From: an uncultured Bacteroidales bacterium
GTDB taxonomy: Bacteria > Bacteroidota > Bacteroidia > Bacteroidales > UBA10428
Reading direction: 5' to 3'
Assembly (NCBI GenBank): GCA_964534745.1
Contig: CAZHQW010000003.1
Span: 16,016 to 80,015 of the forward strand
Length of the DNA: 64,000 nucleotides
A model generated the notes under the pieces. The model saw nothing but the letters and a program-made list of their open reading frames with translations. It was not told the origin of the DNA and did no database searches. Position numbers and translations under genes: made by a program. Positions 49,548-58,968 of this stretch are shown here, one piece after another. How positions within the stretch are numbered: the stretch's first letter is position 1; every line of letters starts with the position of its first letter.

Positions 49548-49955
49548 TCATTGTTTTTGTAAGTACTTTACTGTTGTCAGGATAAGTATTACACCGGCAA
49601 TTATCCCTCCTGCATTTGCCAGCACATCGAGGATACTGCCTTCCCTGCTTGACACGAAGAAATACTGGATAAGTTCAATAATAATACCCCAAAACAGTGA
49701 TATTGCAAATATATATAAGCAGGCAAGGTACCTGTTTTTAAGCAGGCGGTAGTATTTGTGAAGGTCAATATAAAGGATCACCGAAAAGGCAAAGTACATG
49801 ACAAAATGAAAGTACTTGTCCATATGCTTTACGTTAGGTAAAAAGGACCGGTGAATCTTATTTGCAGGGACTATGCAGGCTACAAGTATAAGCAGGGCCC
49901 ATGCAGATGATAAAATAAATCTGCCTGCAATACCGGTAATTCTTGATTTTTGCAT
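49548..49955 (-). CDS. VanZ-family membrane protein
   Basis: 135 aa with four helices and a DKYFHFVMYFAFSV motif typical of VanZ-like proteins. Confidence 0.65.
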   Translation of the reverse strand: MQKSRITGIAGRFILSSAWALLILVACIVPANKIHRSFLPNVKHMDKYFHFVMYFAFSVILYIDLHKYYRLLKNRYLACLYIFAISLFWGIIIELIQYFFVSSREGSILDVLANAGGIIAGVILILTTVKYLQKQ

Positions 49956-50056
49956 ACTTCAGTATAAAGAACTGATAAATATAAACAATAAGTATTAATT
50001 TTTTTATAAATTGAATTTTTCATATCTTAAATACCGATAACCACAGGCAAATAACC

Positions 50057-53000
50057 ATGAAGAAAAGAATGAAAGTGTCAGAGATGATTTCAGCGCTAAG
50101 AAGCGAGAAGATCAGAACATGGTTTGATCTGGGTATTTTTATTGACAGGTTCAGGGAAACAAAGCCACTGCCAACAGTAAGATTTAGCGACACATACAAG
50201 GATTTTAAAAAGAAGATAACAGAAGGGGGTATGGCCTTTATAACATTTTTATATTCTGTCGACGGAGTAACGATAGAGGTTGAAAAATATGCAAAGATTT
50301 TCAGAAAAATCCTGAAAGGTATTAAAATACACTACATATGCGGCAGGTTCTATCCTGAATCTTATAAGCTCATAGACAAAAGCACTATAAGGTATGAGAT
50401 ACCGGAAATGAGAGCTTTTGACAACTGGAAGCTGTATAAGGATTTCTATTTCACAAAGCTTGAAAGAGGCGGCAAGAAATACAATGAGCTGATAATAAAG
50501 CTCTGGGAAGAAGTATTAATAATAACCGAGAAACTGGGTACGTATATTGAGAACAATAACATAAATCTTTTATACCTGATTAATGTATGCTCAAATCCGG
50601 GAAATATATCAATGGCGCTGGCTACCATATTTGTTGCAGAGTACCTGGGTATACCCGTTATTAATAATAATCATGACTTTTACTGGGAAGGGGGCAACAA
50701 GAAAATTGATATTCTTGAAAAGGGATTAAAAGAGGGGCCGAGGGACTTCTTTTTCAATAATGCCGATATTGGAGAGGTATTTTCAGTAATAGAGGTATTA
50801 TTTCCATGGGAATCACGTTCGTGGATAAATGTGAATATAAACCAGATGCAGTCGCGGCGGCTGGTAGTTGACAAAGGTCATAATCCGGCGAGTGTAACTA
50901 AGATAGGAACGGCGGTGGACACCGACAAGTATTTTAATGTCAGCAAAAGGGAAAAAATCAATACATTTTACCAGTTTGAGAAGATATTGAGCCGTTACAG
51001 CAGTGCTTTAATAAGTTATTCGGTTTCGGATGTTATTAAGAATAATCTTGTTGACAAGAAGGATTCCCGGCCGATATTAATTGGGGCCAAGACAAAGCCT
51101 GTGGAAAAGTTCCTTTCGGAAAACATAGTATTCCTGCAACCCACGAGGATCATAGAAAGAAAAAGAATTGAACTGGGATTTAAGCTGATAAAAAGGCTTT
51201 TTAGCAATGTCAACTTTGTTGACCGGCTAAAAACTACTCCCAATCTGAAACTCACTATTATTGTTACAGGTCCCATTGCAGTAGGACATTTTGAATACTA
51301 TCAGAAACTTATTATCCGTTTTTCTGAGCTTCTGAATGTACTTGACCCGGGACTAAGGAATAAGGTTTACCTGGCATTCCTGTTCAGTGAGCTTGACAAG
51401 GAATCCTTCAAGAGCAGGTTCAGGAATCCGGTTGGTGTACCGGAGCTGTATAATATAGCATCGCTGGTATTATTACCAAGCAGGACCGAGGGACGGGGCC
51501 TGCCTATTATTGAAGCCACAGCCTGCGGGACGCCAATTTTTTGCAGGAGGTATTTTCCGAAAAATGTTTATTCTGAGGTTATAGGCGAGCAACTGCCCGA
51601 GATTGACAGGTTAAAGGTAATTGAATTTTCAGGGAAGAAAATAACTTCAAAGCATGCTGATGATGTTTTTGACAGGGTGATGTTTCCGCACAAATATACC
51701 GAGGAGATACTGCACAATAAGAATGCAATATTGGGAAGATTTAGTCTCGAGGCCCTTACAAACAACATAAATAATATTTTATTCAGGCTTTACAACCAGG
51801 TGCTGCCTAATGAAAAGTCGATGGAGACGGTAAAAGCGGAAATCAGCAGATATAAAAAGGTAGTGAACTTCAGCAATAATGATCTAAGGGCCATACTGAA
51901 AACAGAGAACAGGCATTTCATGCCGGGATTCGGAAGATTGGCATTTATGCTTAATCTCAAGTCATTGATTGATCCCAGTGCATTCAGGGTTGAGGAGCAG
52001 CAAATAAGGGGCTTTGTGCACAGCTATGCAAATAAGCTGCTGAAAGATTACAGCTCAATAAACATACCGGAAGAAAAGAAGTACAGGTATTTTAATGCAG
52101 TTGACAATATATTCCATTACCGGGAGGGGGAAATAAAGATCAGGCATGACCATTCCTTTGCCTACAGGCATAGAAACAAAAACTATTATCCCTGTCAGGA
52201 TTTTACGATCCAGGAGTTAACGGGACTGGTAAACTTGCTTTTTCTTAAGATTGTGAATCCCAAGGCAAGGAAAATTGTTGATGAAAGCCCCCATTTTTTT
52301 ACTGACTGGAACCTTGCCCTTGCAGAACTGACTTCCAGTTCAGATATCGCAATTGATGACAGGGAAAGGCTGATAAAAAAGCTGCAGACAAACATACCTA
52401 TTGGTATTTTTCCGGGGGATTATGTAAAGTATGAGCTTGAGTTTTTTGCTTTGCAGTCCGTTCGCTCAAGGCTCAGGCTGACAATAGAGGAGGAGCTGGA
52501 TAGCAAGCTGATATTAAAGAATAAGAAGAGGCTTGCACCTGTATATGTGTTTGCCCACACAAAACCTATTGGCAAGTGGTACAATAAAGATGACATTATT
52601 GAATATATCGAATCAGGCAAAGAAAAGGAGCTGTATTTATTGTATAAACACGGACTGATAAAGATCATCGAGTCAAAGCAGTTGTGCCTGGGCATTCATT
52701 TTCCTCAGATGGGCGCCAAAGCATTAAAGGTTTTGAGGTATATCCGTGACAATGGGGGATTTATTATTTCAAACAGGCAATTTGCTTCAATAATGAGCGA
52801 TATTGTTGATATTGACTGCTTTCATATAGGCAATGCCATACATCCTGTTACTGCGAACATTATGGGCATTCCGCTGTACAGTGGTTATATCCAGTTTGTG
52901 CCGGCAGGGATAAAGACTACGCTGGCATATCCTACACCCATACAGACAGCAAAGGATTTTAACCAGATATTAAACAGCAGGCAGTTTAATAATGCAGTTA

Positions 53001-54238
53001 AAAGATATGGAGAAGAGAAGCTTTTCCAGATACTAAAAAAAGATTCCGAGGAGAGAGGATCTCCGGCGGACTATGTGCTGGATAACCTTATGGGAGCAGC
53101 GGAAAAAAACAGTGAAATTGAATATGAATACTTAAGCGGTATTTATGGTGACGGAATGCCCTGGAATGGTGTATATGCGAGAGTAAATGTAAGTAACCCT
53201 GATCATAGTTGGGTATTCAGGACCGTGTCGAGCATTAACGGGACAAAAAAGGTGACAACCCTTGCCGAAGAGTTCACCGGAGAGACAGGAAAAGACATAA
53301 AAATAGCATGGAATGGCGGGTATATACTTAATCCCGAACTTGTAGGCAAGCTCGGCCTGCCCGAATCTTATATCGGATCACCACTGGGCCTTCTGGTATC
53401 GGACAAGAAAGTTACAAGTCCCCCTCTCTATAACAAAGCGGCTTTCCTTGTAAATAACGAGGGCAAAATAGATATAAGAAGGGTAAACTCGAGAAAGGGT
53501 ATAACTGTAACGCGAAAGAAGACTAAAGTTGTTATTGGCAGTGAAAATTACAATTGTGAACGGTCGGGGGAGGAGCCTTGTTATTATGATTTGCTTTACA
53601 AACATGAGGATATTGATGCAAAAGGAAGGGTGATAGTCAGATTGTCCGGTAATATTATCAAAGACATAATAAAAAACAGCAGTTCGGTGAAGATTATCCC
53701 GGTGGGACTGACATTATCCTTTCCGGCGGACCGGTTTCCGGAAGATTTTGATGAGCTGGAAGCAGAGCTGGGATTGAAAGTTAACGGGATAAGCAACATT
53801 ATCCATGCTGTAGAGGCGGGTCCCCTGCTTGTAAATAACGGGGAAGAAGCAATCAACATGGAAGAAGGGGGTTGGACCACAGCTAATTCAATTGCTACAC
53901 AGGCTGCAAGACTGGACTATACTGATATGCGTGGGCCCAAGATAGCAGCCGGCATCGACAGGGAAGGCAATTTGCTGGTGCTGACCGTTAACGGGAGAAT
54001 AAGGGAATCTGTGGGAGCTACACATGTAGACATGGCTGAAATTATGATTAAATTAGGGGCATGGAAAGCTATGGGCTTTGATCCGGGAGGCAGCAGCACG
54101 CTTTTTGCCAATGGAAAAGTATTAAATATTTCTCCTTATAACAGGGAATACGAAAAGAATATTTATTCAATGCCCCCTGAGCCAAGGGCAGTATCAAATG
54201 CTATTTTAGGTTATACTGATGACACAGTAATTGTCTGA
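50057..54238 (+). CDS. 1393-aa multidomain protein: GT-B (GT4-like) glycosyltransferase + unassigned central module + NAGPA/DUF2233-like phosphodiester glycosidase domain
   Basis: No signal peptide or TM segment at the N-terminus. The retaining-GT EX7E block is LLPSRTEGRGLPIIEATACGTPIF (about 51488-51514). The C-terminus carries AWNGGYILNP..GSPLGLLVSD, EAGPLLVNNGE and GPKIAAGIDREGNLLVLTVNGR...GATHVDMAEIMIKLGAWKAMGFDPGGSSTLF, matching the DUF2233 pattern. Confidence 0.8.
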   Translation: MKKRMKVSEMISALRSEKIRTWFDLGIFIDRFRETKPLPTVRFSDTYKDFKKKITEGGMAFITFLYSVDGVTIEVEKYAKIFRKILKGIKIHYICGRFYPESYKLIDKSTIRYEIPEMRAFDNWKLYKDFYFTKLERGGKKYNELIIKLWEEVLIITEKLGTYIENNNINLLYLINVCSNPGNISMALATIFVAEYLGIPVINNNHDFYWEGGNKKIDILEKGLKEGPRDFFFNNADIGEVFSVIEVLFPWESRSWINVNINQMQSRRLVVDKGHNPASVTKIGTAVDTDKYFNVSKREKINTFYQFEKILSRYSSALISYSVSDVIKNNLVDKKDSRPILIGAKTKPVEKFLSENIVFLQPTRIIERKRIELGFKLIKRLFSNVNFVDRLKTTPNLKLTIIVTGPIAVGHFEYYQKLIIRFSELLNVLDPGLRNKVYLAFLFSELDKESFKSRFRNPVGVPELYNIASLVLLPSRTEGRGLPIIEATACGTPIFCRRYFPKNVYSEVIGEQLPEIDRLKVIEFSGKKITSKHADDVFDRVMFPHKYTEEILHNKNAILGRFSLEALTNNINNILFRLYNQVLPNEKSMETVKAEISRYKKVVNFSNNDLRAILKTENRHFMPGFGRLAFMLNLKSLIDPSAFRVEEQQIRGFVHSYANKLLKDYSSINIPEEKKYRYFNAVDNIFHYREGEIKIRHDHSFAYRHRNKNYYPCQDFTIQELTGLVNLLFLKIVNPKARKIVDESPHFFTDWNLALAELTSSSDIAIDDRERLIKKLQTNIPIGIFPGDYVKYELEFFALQSVRSRLRLTIEEELDSKLILKNKKRLAPVYVFAHTKPIGKWYNKDDIIEYIESGKEKELYLLYKHGLIKIIESKQLCLGIHFPQMGAKALKVLRYIRDNGGFIISNRQFASIMSDIVDIDCFHIGNAIHPVTANIMGIPLYSGYIQFVPAGIKTTLAYPTPIQTAKDFNQILNSRQFNNAVKRYGEEKLFQILKKDSEERGSPADYVLDNLMGAAEKNSEIEYEYLSGIYGDGMPWNGVYARVNVSNPDHSWVFRTVSSINGTKKVTTLAEEFTGETGKDIKIAWNGGYILNPELVGKLGLPESYIGSPLGLLVSDKKVTSPPLYNKAAFLVNNEGKIDIRRVNSRKGITVTRKKTKVVIGSENYNCERSGEEPCYYDLLYKHEDIDAKGRVIVRLSGNIIKDIIKNSSSVKIIPVGLTLSFPADRFPEDFDELEAELGLKVNGISNIIHAVEAGPLLVNNGEEAINMEEGGWTTANSIATQAARLDYTDMRGPKIAAGIDREGNLLVLTVNGRIRESVGATHVDMAEIMIKLGAWKAMGFDPGGSSTLFANGKVLNISPYNREYEKNIYSMPPEPRAVSNAILGYTDDTVIV

Positions 54239-54239
54239 T

Positions 54240-55127
54240 ATGAAAAGAGTTATTGCAGCGAACATAATATTGGCAATTGCAATCAATTGTTATTCGCAAT
54301 TAATATGTGATACAGTATACTTTGACAGGAACTGGCAGCAATCAGACATCGAAAATGCTCGTTATTACAGGGTTATCAGTGACGACACAAGCGGAAAAGT
54401 GCAGTTTATCGTAAGGGATTATTATATTTCAGGTCTTATTCAGATGGCCGGTACTTATAAATCAATAAATCCTGATTTTAAAACAGGCGACTTCAGGTAC
54501 TGGTATGAGAACGGGCAGCCACTTATAGAGTGTAATTTCCTTAATAACAAGCTTAACGGCGAATACCTGGAGTATTATGAGAACGGACAGCCGAAAGTCC
54601 GCAGGAAATATATAAACGGATTAATAGACGGGACTGAAAAGACATGGTCACTGTCAGGGTTTCTGGCAAAGGTCGTTGAATACAAGCTTGGAGCCAGGCA
54701 CGGCAAGTTTCTCACCTATTATGAGAACGGACAGCTGATAAGGAAAGATATATATAAAAATGATGAGTTTATAAGGGGCAGGTGTTTTACCCGTGAGGGG
54801 AAAGATACCGCCTACTTTGAATATTTCATAATGCCAGCCTTTCATGGAGGATTGGAAGGATTTAAAAGATTTATACTTGAAGGTATCAGGTATCCCGAGG
54901 TGGCCAGGCAGAACAATGAAGAGGCTAAGGTTTATCTTAATTTTACTGTCAACAAGCAGGGTGAGGTTATAAAGGCAAGAATAGTCAAAGCAGACAAAGA
55001 TTATTTTAATGAAGAGGTGATGAGGGTTATAAGCTTATCTCCAAAATGGATCCCCGGCAGGAAGGATGGCAAAATCATCAATGTATCAATGACAATTCCC
55101 ATACTCTTTAAAATAATCCCACATTAA
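54240..55127 (+). CDS. secreted MORN-variant repeat protein with a TonB C-terminal domain
   Basis: The ATG is 2 nt after the giant ORF's stop. It has a signal peptide (MKRVIAANIILAIAINCYSQ), YwqK-type repeats (YWYENGQPL..YLEYYENGQPK..TYYENGQLI) and a C-terminal TonB_C pattern (PAFHGGLEGFKRFILEGIRYPEVARQNNEEAKVYLNFTVNKQGEV). Confidence 0.75.
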   Translation: MKRVIAANIILAIAINCYSQLICDTVYFDRNWQQSDIENARYYRVISDDTSGKVQFIVRDYYISGLIQMAGTYKSINPDFKTGDFRYWYENGQPLIECNFLNNKLNGEYLEYYENGQPKVRRKYINGLIDGTEKTWSLSGFLAKVVEYKLGARHGKFLTYYENGQLIRKDIYKNDEFIRGRCFTREGKDTAYFEYFIMPAFHGGLEGFKRFILEGIRYPEVARQNNEEAKVYLNFTVNKQGEVIKARIVKADKDYFNEEVMRVISLSPKWIPGRKDGKIINVSMTIPILFKIIPH

Positions 55128-55164
55128 AAGGTATTTCATGTTGATTATATCATATATTTATTAT

Positions 55165-55172
55165 TAAATTTG
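55165..55172 (+). promoter_or_regulatory. Bacteroidota -7 promoter box (TAAATTTG) upstream of the carboxyltransferase gene
   Basis: Exact TAnnTTTG match 75 nt upstream of the ATG at 55247. Confidence 0.45.
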
Positions 55173-55246
55173 CATCCTCTTAGACTGTCCTTAAGAATAA
55201 GTTATTCTAATTAGTAAGCTTTAGTTTTACACTAACGATTAATCAC

Positions 55247-56803
55247 ATGGATATAGACGGTAAATTATATAAAAGATTTCTGGCTCGCTATGACACATAC
55301 CTAGAGCAGCATGGGGAAGCTGTTAGCGAGAAGCAGCATTCCAAGGGAAAGCTGACTGCAAGGGAGAGAATTGAGCTTTTATTTGATCCTGACTCTTTCG
55401 AAGAGATTGATGCATTTTCCAAGCCCTATCCGTCAGGCGGTGAATTCGGTAAGGTTGTTTCGGCATATGGGGACGGGGTGATTATAGGCCATGGAAGGGT
55501 GGCAGGGAGGCTGACTTTTATGTATGCCCAGGATTTCACAATAATGGGGGGCTCTCTGGGGTCGGTTCATGCTTCAAAGATTGCGAAGATACAGGATATG
55601 GCACTTAAGATGGGGGCGCCGATGATTGGATTGATTGATTCGGGAGGAGCCCGCATTCAGGAGGGAGTAGCCAGTCTTGCAGGCTATGCCAGTATATTTC
55701 ACAGAAATGTCAAATCTTCAGGGGTTATTCCCCAGATTTCAGTCGTTATGGGTCCTGCTGCCGGTGGAGCAGTGTATTCGCCGGCCCTGACAGATTTTGT
55801 GTTTATGACAAACAAGACGAGTTACATGTTTGTAACAGGACCAAATGTAGTAAAGGAGGTGCTGAATGAGGAAGTTACTTTTGACGAGCTGGGAGGGGCC
55901 AATGTACATATGCAAAAGAGCGGTGTGGCACAGTTTGTATATGAGGATGAGGAGAATACCATAAGGGGATTGCAGAAACTGCTTTCATACCTGCCTTCAA
56001 ATAACCTCGAGAATCCCCCTTTTGTTGATTTCGGTGACACTGAGGAGCGTGTAGAGGAGAAGCTGCGTGATATTGTGCCCGACGATCCGAATAAGCCCTA
56101 TGATATGAAGGAGATTATAAACCTTATCATAGACAAGGGCACTTTTTTTGAAGTGGCCGAGTATTATGCAATGAATATAGTAATCGGATTCGGCAGGCTG
56201 AGGGGAAAGACTATAGGCATACTGGCAAACCAGCCAAAGGTCCTTGCCGGGACCCTTGATATAAGCTCTTCTGTAAAGGGAGCGCGTTTTATCCGTTTCT
56301 GTGATGCATTTAATATACCAATACTGACACTTGAAGATGTGCCGGGCTTTCTTCCGGGAATAGACCAGGAGCATAACGGAATTATCAAGCACGGGGCAAA
56401 ACTGCTGTATGCATACAGCGATTCAACGGTTCCCAAAATTACTGTCATACTCAGGAAATCATATGGGGGCGCATATTGTGTTATGAACAGTAAAAACCTG
56501 GGAGGAGACTTCAATTTTGCCTGGCCCACAGCAGAAATTGCTGTAATGGGACCGGAAGGGGCGGTATCGATACTTTTCAGAAAAGAGCTTGGAAAGTCCA
56601 ATGATCCCGATAAGATGAAGAAAGAGCTGGCTGTAAAATACCGCGAAGAGATAGCAAATCCTTTTGTTGCTGATGAAAAAGGCTATATAGATGAAGTAAT
56701 AGACCCGGCGATGACCAGGAAGAAGCTTATTACGGCATTTGAGGCACTCGAAAATAAACATGTCAGCGTTCCTTCCAGGAAGCACGGCAATATCCCTCTA
56801 TAA
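55247..56803 (+). CDS. acyl-CoA carboxylase carboxyltransferase subunit (PccB/MmdA-like)
   Basis: 518 aa. Conserved blocks are GKLTARERIELLFDPDSF, FTIMGGSLG, DSGGARIQEG and RKSYGGAYCVM. Confidence 0.93.
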   Translation: MDIDGKLYKRFLARYDTYLEQHGEAVSEKQHSKGKLTARERIELLFDPDSFEEIDAFSKPYPSGGEFGKVVSAYGDGVIIGHGRVAGRLTFMYAQDFTIMGGSLGSVHASKIAKIQDMALKMGAPMIGLIDSGGARIQEGVASLAGYASIFHRNVKSSGVIPQISVVMGPAAGGAVYSPALTDFVFMTNKTSYMFVTGPNVVKEVLNEEVTFDELGGANVHMQKSGVAQFVYEDEENTIRGLQKLLSYLPSNNLENPPFVDFGDTEERVEEKLRDIVPDDPNKPYDMKEIINLIIDKGTFFEVAEYYAMNIVIGFGRLRGKTIGILANQPKVLAGTLDISSSVKGARFIRFCDAFNIPILTLEDVPGFLPGIDQEHNGIIKHGAKLLYAYSDSTVPKITVILRKSYGGAYCVMNSKNLGGDFNFAWPTAEIAVMGPEGAVSILFRKELGKSNDPDKMKKELAVKYREEIANPFVADEKGYIDEVIDPAMTRKKLITAFEALENKHVSVPSRKHGNIPL

Positions 56804-56874
56804 TTATCTTTTAACTTAGCCGCATTGATTAAAAAATTATAATAATAACAGTCTTGTTTTAGTACAATTTTTAA

Positions 56875-56882
56875 TACATTTG
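56875..56882 (+). promoter_or_regulatory. Bacteroidota -7 promoter box (TACATTTG) upstream of accC
   Basis: Exact TAnnTTTG match 24 nt upstream of the ATG at 56906. Confidence 0.45.
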
Positions 56883-56905
56883 AATTCTCCTTATAAGCCT
56901 GTATT

Positions 56906-58411
56906 ATGAAAATTAAGAGTCTGCTAATTGCCAATCGCGGAGAGATAGCTGTACGCATTAACAATACGGCCAGGAAGTTAGGGATAAAGACTTACGGTAT
57001 AAAGACTGCGAAGGAACCCAATGCACTTTATCTTAAGCATGTAGATCATGTTATTGACTTCAGTGATGATATAGGGGAGATACCCGAATTTCTGGATATT
57101 GAAAAAATAATTAATGCAGCCAAAAGCAATAGGATAGATGCTATTCACCCGGGGTATGGCTTTCTGGCAGAGAGCCCATATTTTGCAACCCGCTGTGAAG
57201 AAAAGAAGATATGCTTTATCGGCCCCTCTGCTTCAGCTATATATAAGATGGGTAATAAGACTATTGCAAAGCAACTGGCCACAAAGTACAATATACCCTT
57301 ATTAAAGGGAAGCATGGGCAACATCATGAATGATGTCCATGCCAGGGATATAGCAAAGAAGATAGGCTATCCCGTTATATTAAAGGCTGCGGCAGGAGGC
57401 GGGGGACGTGGAATGAGGGTTGTTGACAAGGAATCGAAGATGGAAAAGATGTTCAGGATGGCTACTGACGAGGCTGAAAAGGCCTTTGGCGATCCGGCAC
57501 TGTTCATAGAAAAATACGTCAGTAATCCGCGCCACATAGAATTCCAGATTCTTGGCGATAAGCACGGCAATATTGTTCATCTTGGTGAAAGGGAATGCTC
57601 CATACAGCGCAAGCACCAGAAGCTTATTGAAGAAGCACCTTCGTTTGTGGTAGACAGGAAGCTAAGGAAGAAGATGGGCGGGGATGCAGTGCGCATTGCC
57701 GAATCAGTAGGTTATTACAGCACGGGAACAGTAGAGTTTCTTGTTGACGATGCAAGGAACTACTATTTTATGGAGATGAATACAAGGATACAGGTTGAGC
57801 ATCCTGTTACAGAGATAACTACAGGCATAGATCTTATTGAACAGCAAATAAGGATTGCCGAAGGAGAAAAGCTGCCGTTTACGCAGAACGATATCAGACT
57901 AAAAGGATGGGCCATAGAGTTAAGGATAAATGCCGAAGATGTTCAGGCTGGCTTTTCACCCAATATTGGCACGATTGAGAAAATAAGTTATCCGAAAGGC
58001 AAGAATATACGTATTGACAGTGGCATAAACAACTCTTCAGTTATCACTCCCTACTATGATTCCATGATTGCCAAGCTTATAGTTCATGGGGAAACGAGGG
58101 AAAAAGCAATATCTGCAGCTGTAAGTGCACTGAAAAAGTTCTGGGTAAAAGGAATAAAAACCACTATTCCTTTTTGTCTTGCAGTACTGACAAATAAGAA
58201 ATTTAAAAAGGGCGATTTTAATACATCTTTTATTGAAAAGGAAATGGACAAACTCTATTACCAGGAGGTTGATGACGAGATGCTTGCTGCTTACGTGGCA
58301 GCTTTTGATTTTGCAGCAGAACTCGAAACAGACCGTTCGACTTATGTTAATTTCCAGCAGGGCAAGAACATAAGCCCCTGGGTATTGAATAAAAGGCTCA
58401 GATCACTTTAA
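56906..58411 (+). CDS. accC: biotin carboxylase subunit
   Basis: LLIANRGEIAVRI, the ATP-grasp block KAAAGGGGRGMRVV, and EMNTRIQVEHPVTE. Confidence 0.95.
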   Translation: MKIKSLLIANRGEIAVRINNTARKLGIKTYGIKTAKEPNALYLKHVDHVIDFSDDIGEIPEFLDIEKIINAAKSNRIDAIHPGYGFLAESPYFATRCEEKKICFIGPSASAIYKMGNKTIAKQLATKYNIPLLKGSMGNIMNDVHARDIAKKIGYPVILKAAAGGGGRGMRVVDKESKMEKMFRMATDEAEKAFGDPALFIEKYVSNPRHIEFQILGDKHGNIVHLGERECSIQRKHQKLIEEAPSFVVDRKLRKKMGGDAVRIAESVGYYSTGTVEFLVDDARNYYFMEMNTRIQVEHPVTEITTGIDLIEQQIRIAEGEKLPFTQNDIRLKGWAIELRINAEDVQAGFSPNIGTIEKISYPKGKNIRIDSGINNSSVITPYYDSMIAKLIVHGETREKAISAAVSALKKFWVKGIKTTIPFCLAVLTNKKFKKGDFNTSFIEKEMDKLYYQEVDDEMLAAYVAAFDFAAELETDRSTYVNFQQGKNISPWVLNKRLRSL

Positions 58412-58423
58412 TTCTAAACAGGG

Positions 58424-58966
58424 ATGATAAAAGCACAAAATAAGAAAGTCAAAATACTGAAGGATGAGTATATTGCTGTTACGCAGAAGAATAAAAGATA
58501 CAAGATGAACAGCCTTTTCAGTGAAGACCTGAAAATAAACAACAAGAAAGCAGATATTAAAATATTTGAAAGCGAAGACGGATTCACTTACCTTGTATGG
58601 AAGAACAGGAAGTACCAGGCTGAAATCACTGACAAGAGCCAGAATAAGTATACCGTTTTATTAAACGGTGTCAGCTACTGGTTCTCTGTGGAATCCCCGA
58701 TATCATACAAGAGAAAAAAATATCTTGACAAGCAAAAGGAAAAAAGCAAAACAGAGGCAATAATAGCTCCTATGCCGGGCAAGATTGTTGATCTCCTTGT
58801 TGAGGAGAATGCGGAAATCAAGGAGGGGGATCCCATACTTATCCTCGAAGCTATGAAGATGCAGAATGAGATAAGCTCCCATGTCACAGGAAAGATAAAG
58901 AAGATACTTGTCAAGCAGAATGATTCGGTAGCAAAAGACGAGGTATTGCTGGAGATAGAAAAGTAG
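58424..58966 (+). CDS. biotin carboxyl carrier protein-like subunit
   Basis: C-terminal biotinyl domain with EAMKMQNEI. The N-terminal ~100 aa are not assigned. Confidence 0.85.
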   Translation: MIKAQNKKVKILKDEYIAVTQKNKRYKMNSLFSEDLKINNKKADIKIFESEDGFTYLVWKNRKYQAEITDKSQNKYTVLLNGVSYWFSVESPISYKRKKYLDKQKEKSKTEAIIAPMPGKIVDLLVEENAEIKEGDPILILEAMKMQNEISSHVTGKIKKILVKQNDSVAKDEVLLEIEK

Positions 58967-58968
58967 AT

